Shown here: one piece after another, positions 40,425-50,337 of the stretch
How the letters are laid out: the number at the start of each line of letters is the position of its first letter
How positions within the stretch are numbered: the first letter of the stretch is position 1
NCBI GenBank assembly: GCA_963730935.1
Contig: CAVSTP010000002.1
Location: forward strand, 320,001 to 384,000
Length of the DNA: 64,000 bases
Direction: 5' to 3'
DNA from: an uncultured Nitrospiraceae bacterium
Lineage (GTDB): Bacteria; Nitrospirota; Nitrospiria; Nitrospirales; Nitrospiraceae
The notes under the pieces: generated by a model
Seen by the model: only the letters and a program-made list of their open reading frames with translations
What the model was told of the DNA's origin: nothing
The model's database searches: none
Position numbers and translations under genes: made by a program

Positions 40425-40460
40425 GGGGTGAGGAGTCAGCTCCTCACCCCATTGTTTTTT
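40425..40460 (+). terminator. intrinsic terminator
   Basis: GGGGTGAGGAG-TCAG-CTCCTCACCCC plus T-tract. Confidence 0.8.
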
Positions 40461-40480
40461 GGGCATGGCTTTTCCTGGGA

Positions 40481-41551
40481 GTGGAGTTATGCGAGAATGG
40501 TTCTGAGTTTATGCCACCGCCCAGCGCCACCTGCCGCGTTCTGTGGATCACTAGCCTGATAGCATTTCTTGCCTATGGCTCCGCCTGGGGGGCACCGTGT
40601 GGAAATGTCACGTCCAGCGAGAAGAACCTTTCCGTTCCCGCCGTCGTCGCGAAAGTCCGCTCATCCGTGGTCACAATTCTGACGCGGGGAGTGCCGGCAA
40701 GTCCCTCGCAGACCCAGTCGGGCTCCGGCTCCGGAGTCATTATCGACGACGGCGGATACATATTGACCAACAACCACCTGGTGACCGGCGTCAAGAGCAT
40801 GGTGGTCGGACTGTCTACCGGCCGTCTGACGCCTGGCCGTGTCGTGGCGCGAGATTTCCTCCTCGACCTAGCCTTGGTCAAAATCAATGCACAAGATCTT
40901 GTGGCTGCAACGCTGCACCAAAAGCCGGACTTGGAAATCGGAGAGTCTGTTGTGGCGATCGGCAATCCCCTGGCACTAAAGGGAGGGTCGACCGTTACCG
41001 TCGGCGTTGTCAGCGCGCTGGACCGGTCGGTCTTGACTCCCGATGGTGAAACCCTCTACGACTTGATTCAAACTGATGCGGCCATCAACCCGGGCAACAG
41101 CGGCGGCCCGCTGGTCGACCTATCGGGCCGAGTCGTGGGCATCAATGTGATCATCGCGCCGTCGGCACAAGCGATCAGTTATGCCCTCTCAATGGAAGCC
41201 ATTTATCCCCATATCCAATCAATGATGGTCCGCGGATCCATCTACCGGCCGGACCTCGGATTCACGCCGGTCACGATCACCCCGAGCATCATGGCAAGCT
41301 TCGGCCTGGAAGGCGACCGCGGTGTGCTGGCCTTGCAGGTCGACTCCGCAAAACCAGCGGGGCTCGGCGGACTCCAAAACGGCGACATTATCACGGCAGT
41401 CGACCAGCATCAGGTGTTCAACATGGGTGATTTCTGGCATGCGCTGCTTCGCTCAGGAGATCAACCCACGGTGCAATTGACCTTGCACGGGAAAAGCGGT
41501 CCGGCAACCCTTCAACTGCCGAAACCGGCCGCGCTCAAGGCAGCACAGTGA
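40481..41551 (+). CDS. HtrA/DegP-like serine protease with PDZ domain
   Basis: TNNHL, DLAL, QTDAAINPGNSGGPL. Confidence 0.92.
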   Translation: MELCENGSEFMPPPSATCRVLWITSLIAFLAYGSAWGAPCGNVTSSEKNLSVPAVVAKVRSSVVTILTRGVPASPSQTQSGSGSGVIIDDGGYILTNNHLVTGVKSMVVGLSTGRLTPGRVVARDFLLDLALVKINAQDLVAATLHQKPDLEIGESVVAIGNPLALKGGSTVTVGVVSALDRSVLTPDGETLYDLIQTDAAINPGNSGGPLVDLSGRVVGINVIIAPSAQAISYALSMEAIYPHIQSMMVRGSIYRPDLGFTPVTITPSIMASFGLEGDRGVLALQVDSAKPAGLGGLQNGDIITAVDQHQVFNMGDFWHALLRSGDQPTVQLTLHGKSGPATLQLPKPAALKAAQ

Positions 41552-42291
41552 CTCTCATTGAAGCGGCCATAGCGCAAACCCCGGGTCATGGATTGCCGCT
41601 GATAACGAATCCTCCTCAACCAGGTGTGCTGATGACGTTTAGAAAACCGGTGGGCTATTCAGCCGCCTGGTCGCTTCAACAACAATTCCATGCCGAACGG
41701 CTTTTGGGGAACCGCCCGGACACGCTGATGTTACTTCAACATCTTCCTGTCTATACCGCGGGGCGCCGAACAAGACCGGTCCATCTTCATCCAGAGGTTG
41801 CTTCTTCGGGCGATCTCGGAGCCCCCGTTGTGGCAGTCAACCGTGGCGGATCGGTGACCTATCACGGACCTGGCCAGCTGGTCGCCTACCCGATTTTTTC
41901 GCTCTCACGCTATGCACAGGGAGCGAAGGCCTATGTGCATTTGCTCGAAGAGGTACTCATTCGGACACTCCGAGGTTGGGATATCCATGGATACCGGGTG
42001 GAAAAGGCACCGGGCATTTGGGGGCGCGACCGACAGGGCGAGGCCAAAATTGCCTCAATCGGTGCACGGATCGACCGAGGAATCACCTTGCATGGCTTTG
42101 CGCTGAACGTCACCAATGACCTTGTTCCGTTCTCGCGCATCGTGCCCTGCGGGCTTGAGGGGTGCCGCATGACGTCCCTGGCGCAAATTACGCAAACGCC
42201 GGTCTCCGTGCATGTGGTCGCCGAAGAACTCGCCAAGACCTTTTCTACCGTCTTTCACGTTGAATGGACTCATTCTTCCCTGGAAGAGTGA
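41548..42291 (+). CDS. lipB: octanoyltransferase
   Basis: HLPVYTAG, RGGSVTYHGPGQLVAY, KIASIG, HGFALN, PCG. Confidence 0.93.
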   Translation: MTLIEAAIAQTPGHGLPLITNPPQPGVLMTFRKPVGYSAAWSLQQQFHAERLLGNRPDTLMLLQHLPVYTAGRRTRPVHLHPEVASSGDLGAPVVAVNRGGSVTYHGPGQLVAYPIFSLSRYAQGAKAYVHLLEEVLIRTLRGWDIHGYRVEKAPGIWGRDRQGEAKIASIGARIDRGITLHGFALNVTNDLVPFSRIVPCGLEGCRMTSLAQITQTPVSVHVVAEELAKTFSTVFHVEWTHSSLEE

Positions 42292-42351
42292 TGAAAATAG
42301 AGATCGAGACACAACGGGTCGTTGACACGAAGAAGGAACACTGACGCACGT

Positions 42352-43617
42352 ATGTCTTCACTGCATGAACTCGATACGCCGACGTTCCGACTCGCCGTAG
42401 CGCAATTCGATCAAGCTGCAGAATTGATGGGGCTGGATTCCAACCTCCGTGAACGATTGAAACTACCTCAGCGATCTCTGGTCGTCAGCGTTCCCATCCG
42501 GATGGATGACGGTCGCGTCGAGGTCTTTACCGGGTATCGAGTTCAACATGATTCCTCACGCGGCCCTTCGAAGGGAGGGATTCGCTATCATCCGGAAGTC
42601 AACCTCGGCGAAGTCGCCGCGCTGGCCATGTGGATGACGTGGAAATGCGCCCTGGCCGACCTCCCTTACGGCGGAGCCAAGGGGGGGGTGGCCGTCGCTC
42701 CAAAAGCACTGTCTCGATCCGAACTTCAGCGGCTCACGCGGCGATACGCTTCGGAAATTTTTCCGTTGGTCGGCCCGGATAAGGATGTGCCGGCTCCGGA
42801 CGTCGGCACGGACGCCCAGGTCATGGCCTGGATCATGGACACCTATAGTCAACAGGTCGGGTACGCCGTCCCCGGCGTCGTGACCGGAAAGCCGCTTTCG
42901 ATCGGAGGGAGCCTCGGTCGAGAAGAGGCGACAGGGCGCGGGGTGGTGTGCGTGACGGTTGAGGCCTTACGTCATCTCAAAATCGAGGTCAGTGAGACCA
43001 CCGTGGCTATTCAGGGATTCGGGAACGTCGGATCCCATACTGCCAGGATCATGCATGAATCGGGAGCCAAGGTGATTGCGGTCAGCGATGTGAGCGGAGG
43101 GATTTACAATCCTCGAGGCCTCGACATTCCCAAACTGCTGTCGACCTACAAGTCTAGCGGTCAGACGCTCGCTGAGACGAAGCTGGGGGATCCGTTGACC
43201 AACGCGGAACTCCTGCAACTCAAATGCACGGTCCTGGTTCCTGCCGCATTGTCCGAACAGATCACGAAATACAATGCGTCGCAGCTCAATTGCCGTGTGC
43301 TGGCAGAGGGAGCGAACGGCCCCACGACCTTGGACGCCGACCGCATCGTGCAGGACAAGGGCATCTTCGTGATCCCTGACATTCTGGCCAATTCGGGAGG
43401 CGTCATCGTCTCCTATTTTGAATGGGTGCAGGATGCACAGCGGTTTTTTTGGAAAGCGACCGACATACAAGACCGCCTCCGCGATCTCATGACGTCTGCC
43501 TTTCAACGAACGCTGCAATTCGCCATCGCGAAGGGCACATCCATGCGGATGGCGGCGCTGATGACCGGGATAGACAAGGTGGCACAAGCCCATCTGAGCC
43601 GCGGCCTCTATCCATAA
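42352..43617 (+). CDS. gdhA: Glu/Leu/Phe/Val (glutamate) dehydrogenase
   Basis: GPSKGGIRY, GGAKGG, VPAPD, GFGNVG, EGANGP. Confidence 0.9.
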   Translation: MSSLHELDTPTFRLAVAQFDQAAELMGLDSNLRERLKLPQRSLVVSVPIRMDDGRVEVFTGYRVQHDSSRGPSKGGIRYHPEVNLGEVAALAMWMTWKCALADLPYGGAKGGVAVAPKALSRSELQRLTRRYASEIFPLVGPDKDVPAPDVGTDAQVMAWIMDTYSQQVGYAVPGVVTGKPLSIGGSLGREEATGRGVVCVTVEALRHLKIEVSETTVAIQGFGNVGSHTARIMHESGAKVIAVSDVSGGIYNPRGLDIPKLLSTYKSSGQTLAETKLGDPLTNAELLQLKCTVLVPAALSEQITKYNASQLNCRVLAEGANGPTTLDADRIVQDKGIFVIPDILANSGGVIVSYFEWVQDAQRFFWKATDIQDRLRDLMTSAFQRTLQFAIAKGTSMRMAALMTGIDKVAQAHLSRGLYP

Positions 43618-43643
43618 CGCATGTTGATCAGTCGCCAAGCGTC

Positions 43644-43985
43644 ATGCATCGCACCGCGAGGAACAGGGGGTCGTCAGAGGAGCCCGGTTCGGTGAACCGA
43701 GAAACGGTCGGCAGATTATGGGAAGCGCATAAGCAGGCCGGGTGGCCCCGCGTCGCGACCCAGCTTGAGGGACCGCTGATGACACTCGACACGGTGATCA
43801 GCGGCTGCGTCGTCTATTTCCTGGACAGCGAGGAGGGACTCGACGAGCAACGCCGCACGATCGTCGGTGACTGTCTGGGTGACCTCGAGACCATAGAACA
43901 TGAGCTCGAGGAGGATTGTCGTCCCTACTTTCAGCGTCTCCGTGAGCTGGGCGCCATGCTCCTCATTACACCTCCCAAGTCCTAG
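43644..43985 (+). CDS. hypothetical protein
   Basis: helical acidic ORF; start uncertain. Confidence 0.65.
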   Translation: MHRTARNRGSSEEPGSVNRETVGRLWEAHKQAGWPRVATQLEGPLMTLDTVISGCVVYFLDSEEGLDEQRRTIVGDCLGDLETIEHELEEDCRPYFQRLRELGAMLLITPPKS

Positions 43986-44174
43986 GCAATCCAATCTGCG
44001 GCCTCCTCTACACATGCCCAAGGATTGCGAACCGAGCAAGCACCATGACGCTTGGAACCGTTCCTTGCAAGTTGGTTGGCCCTCCGATAAAATAATCAAA
44101 GCTATAATTTACCGCCGTTTATCCACATCGGATATCCACACGGCCGTTCAGACAGGCTACTGAGTAAGGAGGGG

Positions 44175-44711
44175 TTGATGAAGGCGATGTTACGAGCGTA
44201 CCTCCAGACTTGCCTGGTGCTCGGCATGATGGTTCTAGTCGTCGCGTCGGCGAGCGCCGAACCCTATGAGCTAAGCAAGAACGACGTGATGGATCCTAAG
44301 GCGATTAAAAGTCCTGACATTTCTCTCTTTGGTGTCAAGATCGGTGACAGCGAGGCCAAGGCCATGGATGTCTTGGTGAACGAGAAAATACCCGGCATCA
44401 AGGTCGAACAAGAAGCGTTGTTCATCTTCTTGGTCGATCAGCGGAAACCAACCGGTCCCATGGCCGGCGTGCGCGTCCAGGACGGCAAAGTCGACCTAAT
44501 CTTCATCAACAACCGTTTTGCCTATAAGACGCGTGGGCTATTTCGCAACGTGCTCAACAGCGAAAGTCCGGAGGATATCCGCAAGCTCCTAGGCCACGAA
44601 GACTATGGTGACGAAAACGTCATGGGGGCGGTGTTGGCCTACGACAAGCAGGGATTCGTCATCAATTATCTGGGTAAAGACGTCAACATCGAGTTCTCAC
44701 CTGTTCACTGA
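44175..44711 (+). CDS. exported hypothetical protein
   Basis: RBS AAGGAGG, signal peptide. Confidence 0.8.
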   Translation: MMKAMLRAYLQTCLVLGMMVLVVASASAEPYELSKNDVMDPKAIKSPDISLFGVKIGDSEAKAMDVLVNEKIPGIKVEQEALFIFLVDQRKPTGPMAGVRVQDGKVDLIFINNRFAYKTRGLFRNVLNSESPEDIRKLLGHEDYGDENVMGAVLAYDKQGFVINYLGKDVNIEFSPVH

Positions 44712-44817
44712 TCCTCTCCATTCAGTCCCCTCAGCACGGCCGGCTCTCAAGGGGAAGCCGGTCCCTTTTCCATATCATCGCTAGCACGCCATGTGATGAG
44801 GTCGAGCGCTTATCGCG

Positions 44818-45708
44818 CTAGAAGGATGGGCCAGAGGCGCGCAACCCGTAACTGATCAAACTTGTGGCCGTATTCCATCGGCGGTTGGAATTCAAAATGA
44901 CCACCAGGAGGTCGCTGCCGTTCTGAGAGACTTTGGCGATAAGACACCGTCCCGCTTTCGACGTAAAGCCGGTCTTGATGCCTTCAACGCCGGGAATTCG
45001 ACCGAGCAAACGATTTGTCGTGTGCAGAATATACGCATGAGTGCCGTTCACCGGCATGATCATGGCGCGTTCCTCTTTCACCAGATTCCTGAAAATGGGC
45101 TGTTGCAGGGCGATCACGCTTAAAGTGGCAAGATCTGCTGCGGTCGAATAATGATCAGGGCCGTCAAATCCGCACCCGTTCGTAAAGTGCGTATTGTGCA
45201 AGCCCAACGCCGCCGCCTTGTCGTTCATCAAGCCCACGAACTGGGTTTCGTCACCACCGACGTGTTCGATCGCCGCCAGACACGCATCATTGGCGGATAC
45301 AATGAGCATCGCCTTAAGCAGGTCGTCGAGCCTGAATACCTGGCCTGCCTTGAGCCGCAAATGGGTCTTATGCGCACGGGCGGCCGCTGGACTGACAGTG
45401 ACCAAATCGTCGAGCCTTCCGTGCTCGAGGATCACGAGCGCCGACATGATTTTTGTCAGACTGGCGGGTGACAACCGCTTTCCGGAGTCATGCTCATAGA
45501 GGACGCGGCCCGTGTTGAGTTCTTTGAGGAGAATACTGTGGGCGGGCACGCGGCGCCACGGCAACGTCTGGTTGTCCTCGCTGACCGTGTGCACCTGCTT
45601 CGTTTTTCCGCTGGCACGTTTCGCTTGGACTGTTGCAGGGACAAGCAACACGAGGCACAGCGCCGTCAGGATGCACGCGCTCATTCGACGACTTTGAGCA
45701 GAGAACAT
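44818..45708 (-). CDS. D-alanyl-D-alanine carboxypeptidase (peptidase S11)
   Basis: PASLTK (SxxK), SAN, KTG. Confidence 0.92.
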   Translation of the reverse strand: MFSAQSRRMSACILTALCLVLLVPATVQAKRASGKTKQVHTVSEDNQTLPWRRVPAHSILLKELNTGRVLYEHDSGKRLSPASLTKIMSALVILEHGRLDDLVTVSPAAARAHKTHLRLKAGQVFRLDDLLKAMLIVSANDACLAAIEHVGGDETQFVGLMNDKAAALGLHNTHFTNGCGFDGPDHYSTAADLATLSVIALQQPIFRNLVKEERAMIMPVNGTHAYILHTTNRLLGRIPGVEGIKTGFTSKAGRCLIAKVSQNGSDLLVVILNSNRRWNTATSLISYGLRASGPSF

Positions 45709-45724
45709 GGCGTGCGCCTCGCGT

Positions 45725-45913
45725 TTAGAGCGTGAAGGATTCCCGAACCTTCGTGCCCCGGAACCCGCTATCGATGACTTTGTGGAAAAATCGAAGAAGA
45801 TCGGCGAGATCGATCCAAAATCCGCAATTGAGACAACGGGCATAGAGCCGGCGGTTCATGAGCGTATAGTGCCGCTCGACCATCATAAAGCCTTTACACT
45901 TGAGACAATCCAT
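45725..45913 (-). CDS. small Zn-finger protein
   Basis: MDCLKCKG...RCLNCG. Confidence 0.65.
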   Translation of the reverse strand: MDCLKCKGFMMVERHYTLMNRRLYARCLNCGFWIDLADLLRFFHKVIDSGFRGTKVRESFTL

Positions 45914-45935
45914 CGTTCGAGCTGCCAACCAGTCG

Positions 45936-46169
45936 TTATCTGATGCGCTTCATCACCAAGGCGAGGCACGCGGCCAGGAGACCGCCGCCGAAAATCGTCG
46001 TGGTGAATGACAGGTACGGACTCGCCCCGGCGCTAGGATGCGCGCCATCGAACAAGTCGCGCACCCCTCCCTGAACCATGAGCACCGACAGGGTGAGGAG
46101 CGCGCCCATGCCGAACCACCATGAGAAGGATCTCACCTCTGTCCTCGTGCAGGGCGACCGACTGTCCAA
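45936..46169 (-). CDS. small two-TM membrane protein
   Basis: two hydrophobic segments. Confidence 0.55.
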   Translation of the reverse strand: MDSRSPCTRTEVRSFSWWFGMGALLTLSVLMVQGGVRDLFDGAHPSAGASPYLSFTTTIFGGGLLAACLALVMKRIR

Positions 46170-46242
46170 AAGCCGCGCCTGCCGGTCACTCTAGCCGAGG
46201 GGTCCTGGACTGTCAAGCTGACAGCTCCGTTTCGACCGCGGG

Positions 46243-47451
46243 CTACGGAGCGGCTTTGGACGAAGTGGCAGCGGTTGCCGGAGCCTGTCCTCCTTTGAGC
46301 CCGCGATGAAGAAAAATCGATACCGACCCGTCGCCGTTATCGGCCGTGACGAGCCCTGGCTCCTCGATCTCGCTGCTCGTCACGTGGTATAACGCGATCG
46401 CGAATGGCCCCGCCTTTGTGCGGTAATTCCTTGGCGGATATTCGAACGTGCCGTCGCCCCGGCCGAAGAGGATCGAGAGATCGCTGGACTGCAGATTGAC
46501 GATGGCGACGTCCACGCGATGGTCCCCGTTAAAGTCCCGAGCCAATCCGTAGTTCGGGCCGGCGTTGGCACCGGAGTCGCGCCCTGCCTGGAACGTGGCA
46601 TTGCCATTTCCCAAGAATGTTGAAAAGCTGTCCCGTTCTCCGTTGATGACGAGCAGGTCCCGGATGCGGTCGTTGTTGAAGTCTGCAAAGCTGACTCCCA
46701 ACGGACGTCTGCCGGAGCGGTAATCCGTCGGCGACTGGAACGTCCCGTCTCCGTTACCGATCCAGATGGAGACGGCGTTGGACATGGGACCTCCATTGGT
46801 GACCACCAGATCGATTTTCCCGTCACCGTTGAGATCCGACAACGCGACCGAGGTCGGCGTATCACCATATTCATACTGCGCTCCGTGCCTGAATTCACCA
46901 TTGCCCTGACCAAGAAACACCTTTATCTTGTCATTGCGCAACGCGACGACAAGATCCGCCATCCGATCGCCGTTCAAATCGTCGCTGGCAATGGATACGG
47001 GTGTCCGATGGACGGGGTATTGCGGCCCTTCTGTGAACTTGCCGTCGCCCCTGCCGAACAATACGGCAATTTGATCTCCGCCCGCGCAGGCCAGCACGAT
47101 GTCCAGATAGGCATCAGCATTGAAGAAGCCTGTCGCGAGCGACCGTGGTTCCTGACAGACGTGCAGTTGCACTTGTTCGTGAAAGCTCCCATCGCCGTTT
47201 CCGATCAGGATCGACAGCGTGTTGCTGCTCACATTGGTCGTCATGAGATCCGTCACACCATCCTGGTTGATATCGATGGCGGTGATGGTGGTGGGATTCT
47301 TGCCGACCTTATAGCTCGTGAAGTAGTAGAACAGATCAGGCGGAACGTATGGGTCCTGCTTGGAACAAGCTGCGGCCAGTATGATCGTGATGATCCCGGA
47401 CACGAGAAGAGTCGAACGATATCTGCCTGCCATTGGCTGCCGTGCCCGCAC
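46243..47451 (-). CDS. FG-GAP/VCBS repeat lipoprotein
   Basis: LAAAC lipobox; repeated D(L/F)NGDG..D...G.GDG.F. Confidence 0.9.
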   Translation of the reverse strand: MRARQPMAGRYRSTLLVSGIITIILAAACSKQDPYVPPDLFYYFTSYKVGKNPTTITAIDINQDGVTDLMTTNVSSNTLSILIGNGDGSFHEQVQLHVCQEPRSLATGFFNADAYLDIVLACAGGDQIAVLFGRGDGKFTEGPQYPVHRTPVSIASDDLNGDRMADLVVALRNDKIKVFLGQGNGEFRHGAQYEYGDTPTSVALSDLNGDGKIDLVVTNGGPMSNAVSIWIGNGDGTFQSPTDYRSGRRPLGVSFADFNNDRIRDLLVINGERDSFSTFLGNGNATFQAGRDSGANAGPNYGLARDFNGDHRVDVAIVNLQSSDLSILFGRGDGTFEYPPRNYRTKAGPFAIALYHVTSSEIEEPGLVTADNGDGSVSIFLHRGLKGGQAPATAATSSKAAP

Positions 47452-47646
47452 GTCCAGGCCTCATCCGTCCCGCAATCGTCGTTGAATCGCCAACTCTTGG
47501 AAGGGTGAGTATACCGGCGGCGGCTTTCCCCTGGCAATCAATTGGGCCGCGCCCGGCCCGATGCCGGCTGCCCACGCGGAGGAAACAGCCTTTGAAAGTC
47601 GCCTCCGGTCTAGGGTAGACTACACTCCTTTTTCAAGGAGGAGTCC

Positions 47647-47967
47647 ATGGGTAACACGGTAAAGGTTGACATCACGATGTACGGCATTGCAGAAGTCCTG
47701 CACTGGTGCCACGACCGGAATAAGGGACGAATCCCCGGCGTGGACACGGCGGGATTTGAAAAGATGAAGACGCTGTTGGCGGGAAAGCCCCAGTCAGGCG
47801 ATTACTTTACGTTGGATCAGTTTTGGAAGAAAAAGGTGACGCTGGAACTGACGGAAGAGGAAGTGGCGCTCATCGACCGCTGCCTGTATGACATTCCGAA
47901 CTTAGATAACGAACCTTTGCCTCAGATCCGCCACAAATTTTGGCCGCAACAGGCCGCCGCACATTAG
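47647..47967 (+). CDS. conserved hypothetical protein
   Basis: RBS AGGAGGAG; core-like codon usage. Confidence 0.75.
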   Translation: MGNTVKVDITMYGIAEVLHWCHDRNKGRIPGVDTAGFEKMKTLLAGKPQSGDYFTLDQFWKKKVTLELTEEEVALIDRCLYDIPNLDNEPLPQIRHKFWPQQAAAH

Positions 47968-48030
47968 CGCTCACTCAGGTCTCGACCTTACAAGGGACGG
48001 TCCGGACCTGTTGAGACGGCTTTTGCAGGA

Positions 48031-49032
48031 CTACAGCGTTCCCTCTCCCTTGAGATAGCGCCTGAATCGGTCCATTAATTCGGCCCCCAACGTCCCTCCC
48101 TCCGGCTTTTTGGTCTCGGGATCGGCAAAGTGGCTCCGGATTTCTTGAAGCCGTTTTTCAGCCTGTTCGTTGCCTTGTAACCGCTTGGTCTTTTCCAAGG
48201 CAGTGTCGAAGGCCTCAAAGGTCAATTCCTTGTATCCGAAGGAGCGAATGCGTTTGACGGCCTTCATCATGGCCTGGTTGCGAAAGCCGGTGAGATGCGC
48301 GGAGTCGATTTCCTTCAACCCCAGCTTGCGGGCGCGCCGCTCGGCAGCCTTCCGAATACCGCTCCTGACGAAGTCCGGTGAGGTTTGCAGCCGTTTCCAC
48401 GCCTCATCAGTCCAGGCGATTCGTTCTTGCGGCGCGTCCCACAGTTGTACGAGAGTTTGCTCGTCAATCTGCGCTAGGCCCTTCTCGCGTGCCAAGTCTT
48501 CCGTGTCACGTTTCAGCATGTCGGTCACGAATTCAATCGCGATCGGCGGCGACTGCTGAAGCTTTTCTCGAAGCCGCGCCAGCGCACCTTCCGTCCAGGG
48601 CAATGGGGGTAACGCGGCCTCGCGGACATCTCCCAGGGCTTCCACCCGCTCGAAGAGATCCACATTGACTTCCATGTGGCCTCCTTCCTTGGCCACTTCT
48701 TCGGCGATCTGCTTAATCATGCCGCGCATGAATTCAGGCACCGTATTCAGCCGCTCCTTCGCCGCGGCGGTCCAGGGCAGCCGACCCTGCGCCATCGCTT
48801 CCACCGCCTCGGTCATGCCCGAAGCACCTCCCATTCCGCCCATCATCTGGCTCTTGAACTGTTCGAGGGTCGCCTCGGTGATTTCCGCATAACCCAGTTC
48901 CCGCGCCTTTTTTTCGGCGAGCCGGCGGACCATGCCTCGCAGGAAGACGGGGGCACGCTCCATGCGTTTGAGAGCCCCTTCTGTCCATCGAACGTCGGTG
49001 GCAACGGTGTCGTCGGAATCTGATGCAGCCAT
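48031..49032 (-). CDS. protein with four tandem PCP_red-like repeats
   Basis: WTxxA..R...P.F.R......E..A...G...I four times. Confidence 0.8.
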   Translation of the reverse strand: MAASDSDDTVATDVRWTEGALKRMERAPVFLRGMVRRLAEKKARELGYAEITEATLEQFKSQMMGGMGGASGMTEAVEAMAQGRLPWTAAAKERLNTVPEFMRGMIKQIAEEVAKEGGHMEVNVDLFERVEALGDVREAALPPLPWTEGALARLREKLQQSPPIAIEFVTDMLKRDTEDLAREKGLAQIDEQTLVQLWDAPQERIAWTDEAWKRLQTSPDFVRSGIRKAAERRARKLGLKEIDSAHLTGFRNQAMMKAVKRIRSFGYKELTFEAFDTALEKTKRLQGNEQAEKRLQEIRSHFADPETKKPEGGTLGAELMDRFRRYLKGEGTL

Positions 49033-49056
49033 TAGGTGTTCCTCTATGTACGCGAA

Positions 49057-49335
49057 TTACTGGTTGAGCAATTCCTTGAGCTCTTTGCCGGCCTTGAAGA
49101 AAGGCACTTTCTTGGCAGGCACAGCCACGGTAGCTCCAGTCTTCGGGTTTCGTCCTTCCTTCATCCGCCTGGACCTGAGGCGGAAACTCCCGAATCCCCG
49201 GATTTCGGTCTTATCGCCGTTCTTCAACGAGTCCCTGACGCAATCGAAAATCGTGTTCACCACGATTTCCGCCTGCCGTTTGGTCAATGTCGTGACCTGC
49301 TCAGAGACACGTTCGATAATCTGCGCCTTGGTCAT
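49057..49335 (-). CDS. ihfB: integration host factor beta / HU family
   Basis: EIRGFGSF...GRNPKTG...PFFKAGKEL; rpsA-sppA-ihfB context. Confidence 0.85.
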   Translation of the reverse strand: MTKAQIIERVSEQVTTLTKRQAEIVVNTIFDCVRDSLKNGDKTEIRGFGSFRLRSRRMKEGRNPKTGATVAVPAKKVPFFKAGKELKELLNQ

Positions 49336-49385
49336 GTCCGACTCCCCTTTCGCTGCGGCGAGCGCCGGCCCGCGCTTCGACCGAG

Positions 49386-50297
49386 TTAAAACGCCATGAG
49401 ATACTTGAAGCTGACCCCCGAATAGAAATCCAGCTTTGGGAAGAGTACCGACAAGCGGGACTCGAGAAGTTCCCTGATCGAGAACCGTCGTCGCGGCTCC
49501 ACGACTTTCGGCTCCCCCTCAATTCCCGCCAGTTCAGCGGCAAGCTGTATGGCATCGTCCAAATTGCCGAGCTCATCCACGAGCTTCGCTTCCTTGGCTT
49601 GTCGACCGGTAAAGATGCGGCCGTCGGCCAAGGCCTGGACCGTCGAAGGTTCGAGCGCCCGTCCCTCGGCGACGGCCTCAATGAACTGCTTATGCACGTC
49701 GTCCATGACAGATTGGAGCAGCGCCTGCTCCTCTCCGGTCATTTTCCTGAGCGGCGAGCCGACATCCTTGAACTTCCCGCTCTTCACCACGATGCCCTCG
49801 ACTCCGATCTTTTTCAGCAGACCTTCGACGTTGGCCGTCTCCATAATGACGCCAATGCTGCCCGTGAGTGTGCCCGGATTCGCAATAATGCGGTCAGTGG
49901 CGGCGGCGATATAATAGCCCCCGGAAGCGGCGACCGTGCCCATTGAGGCAATGACCGCTTTGTTGTTCTTATTCCGCACACGCTGCACCGCATCGTAGAT
50001 TTCCTGAGACGGAACCACGCCTCCGCCGGGACTGTCGATCCGCAGGACAATAGCTTTGACGGAGGGGTTCTCTCCAAACCGTTTCAACTCGGTGACGGTG
50101 GACTGAGCGTCTAGGATCACGCCCTCAACCCGGATGAGCGCCACCCGATCCTCAGTCGAGAGATCGAGGTCCGGGAACAACAGATTCAAGAGCAGCAGGA
50201 ACGCGATCCCAATCCCCGCCAAAAGCAAGATCTTTCGAACGAGGGATCGCTTGGCCGGCTTGCTCGACGTTTCTTCACTCATAGAGGGTCCGCCCAT
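49386..50297 (-). CDS. sppA: signal peptide peptidase
   Basis: RIDSPGG, AASGGYY, TGSIGV. Confidence 0.92.
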   Translation of the reverse strand: MGGPSMSEETSSKPAKRSLVRKILLLAGIGIAFLLLLNLLFPDLDLSTEDRVALIRVEGVILDAQSTVTELKRFGENPSVKAIVLRIDSPGGGVVPSQEIYDAVQRVRNKNNKAVIASMGTVAASGGYYIAAATDRIIANPGTLTGSIGVIMETANVEGLLKKIGVEGIVVKSGKFKDVGSPLRKMTGEEQALLQSVMDDVHKQFIEAVAEGRALEPSTVQALADGRIFTGRQAKEAKLVDELGNLDDAIQLAAELAGIEGEPKVVEPRRRFSIRELLESRLSVLFPKLDFYSGVSFKYLMAF

Positions 50298-50337
50298 CGG
50301 CGCGGGAGCCTGACGGTCCCGCGCCGGTGATCGCTAC

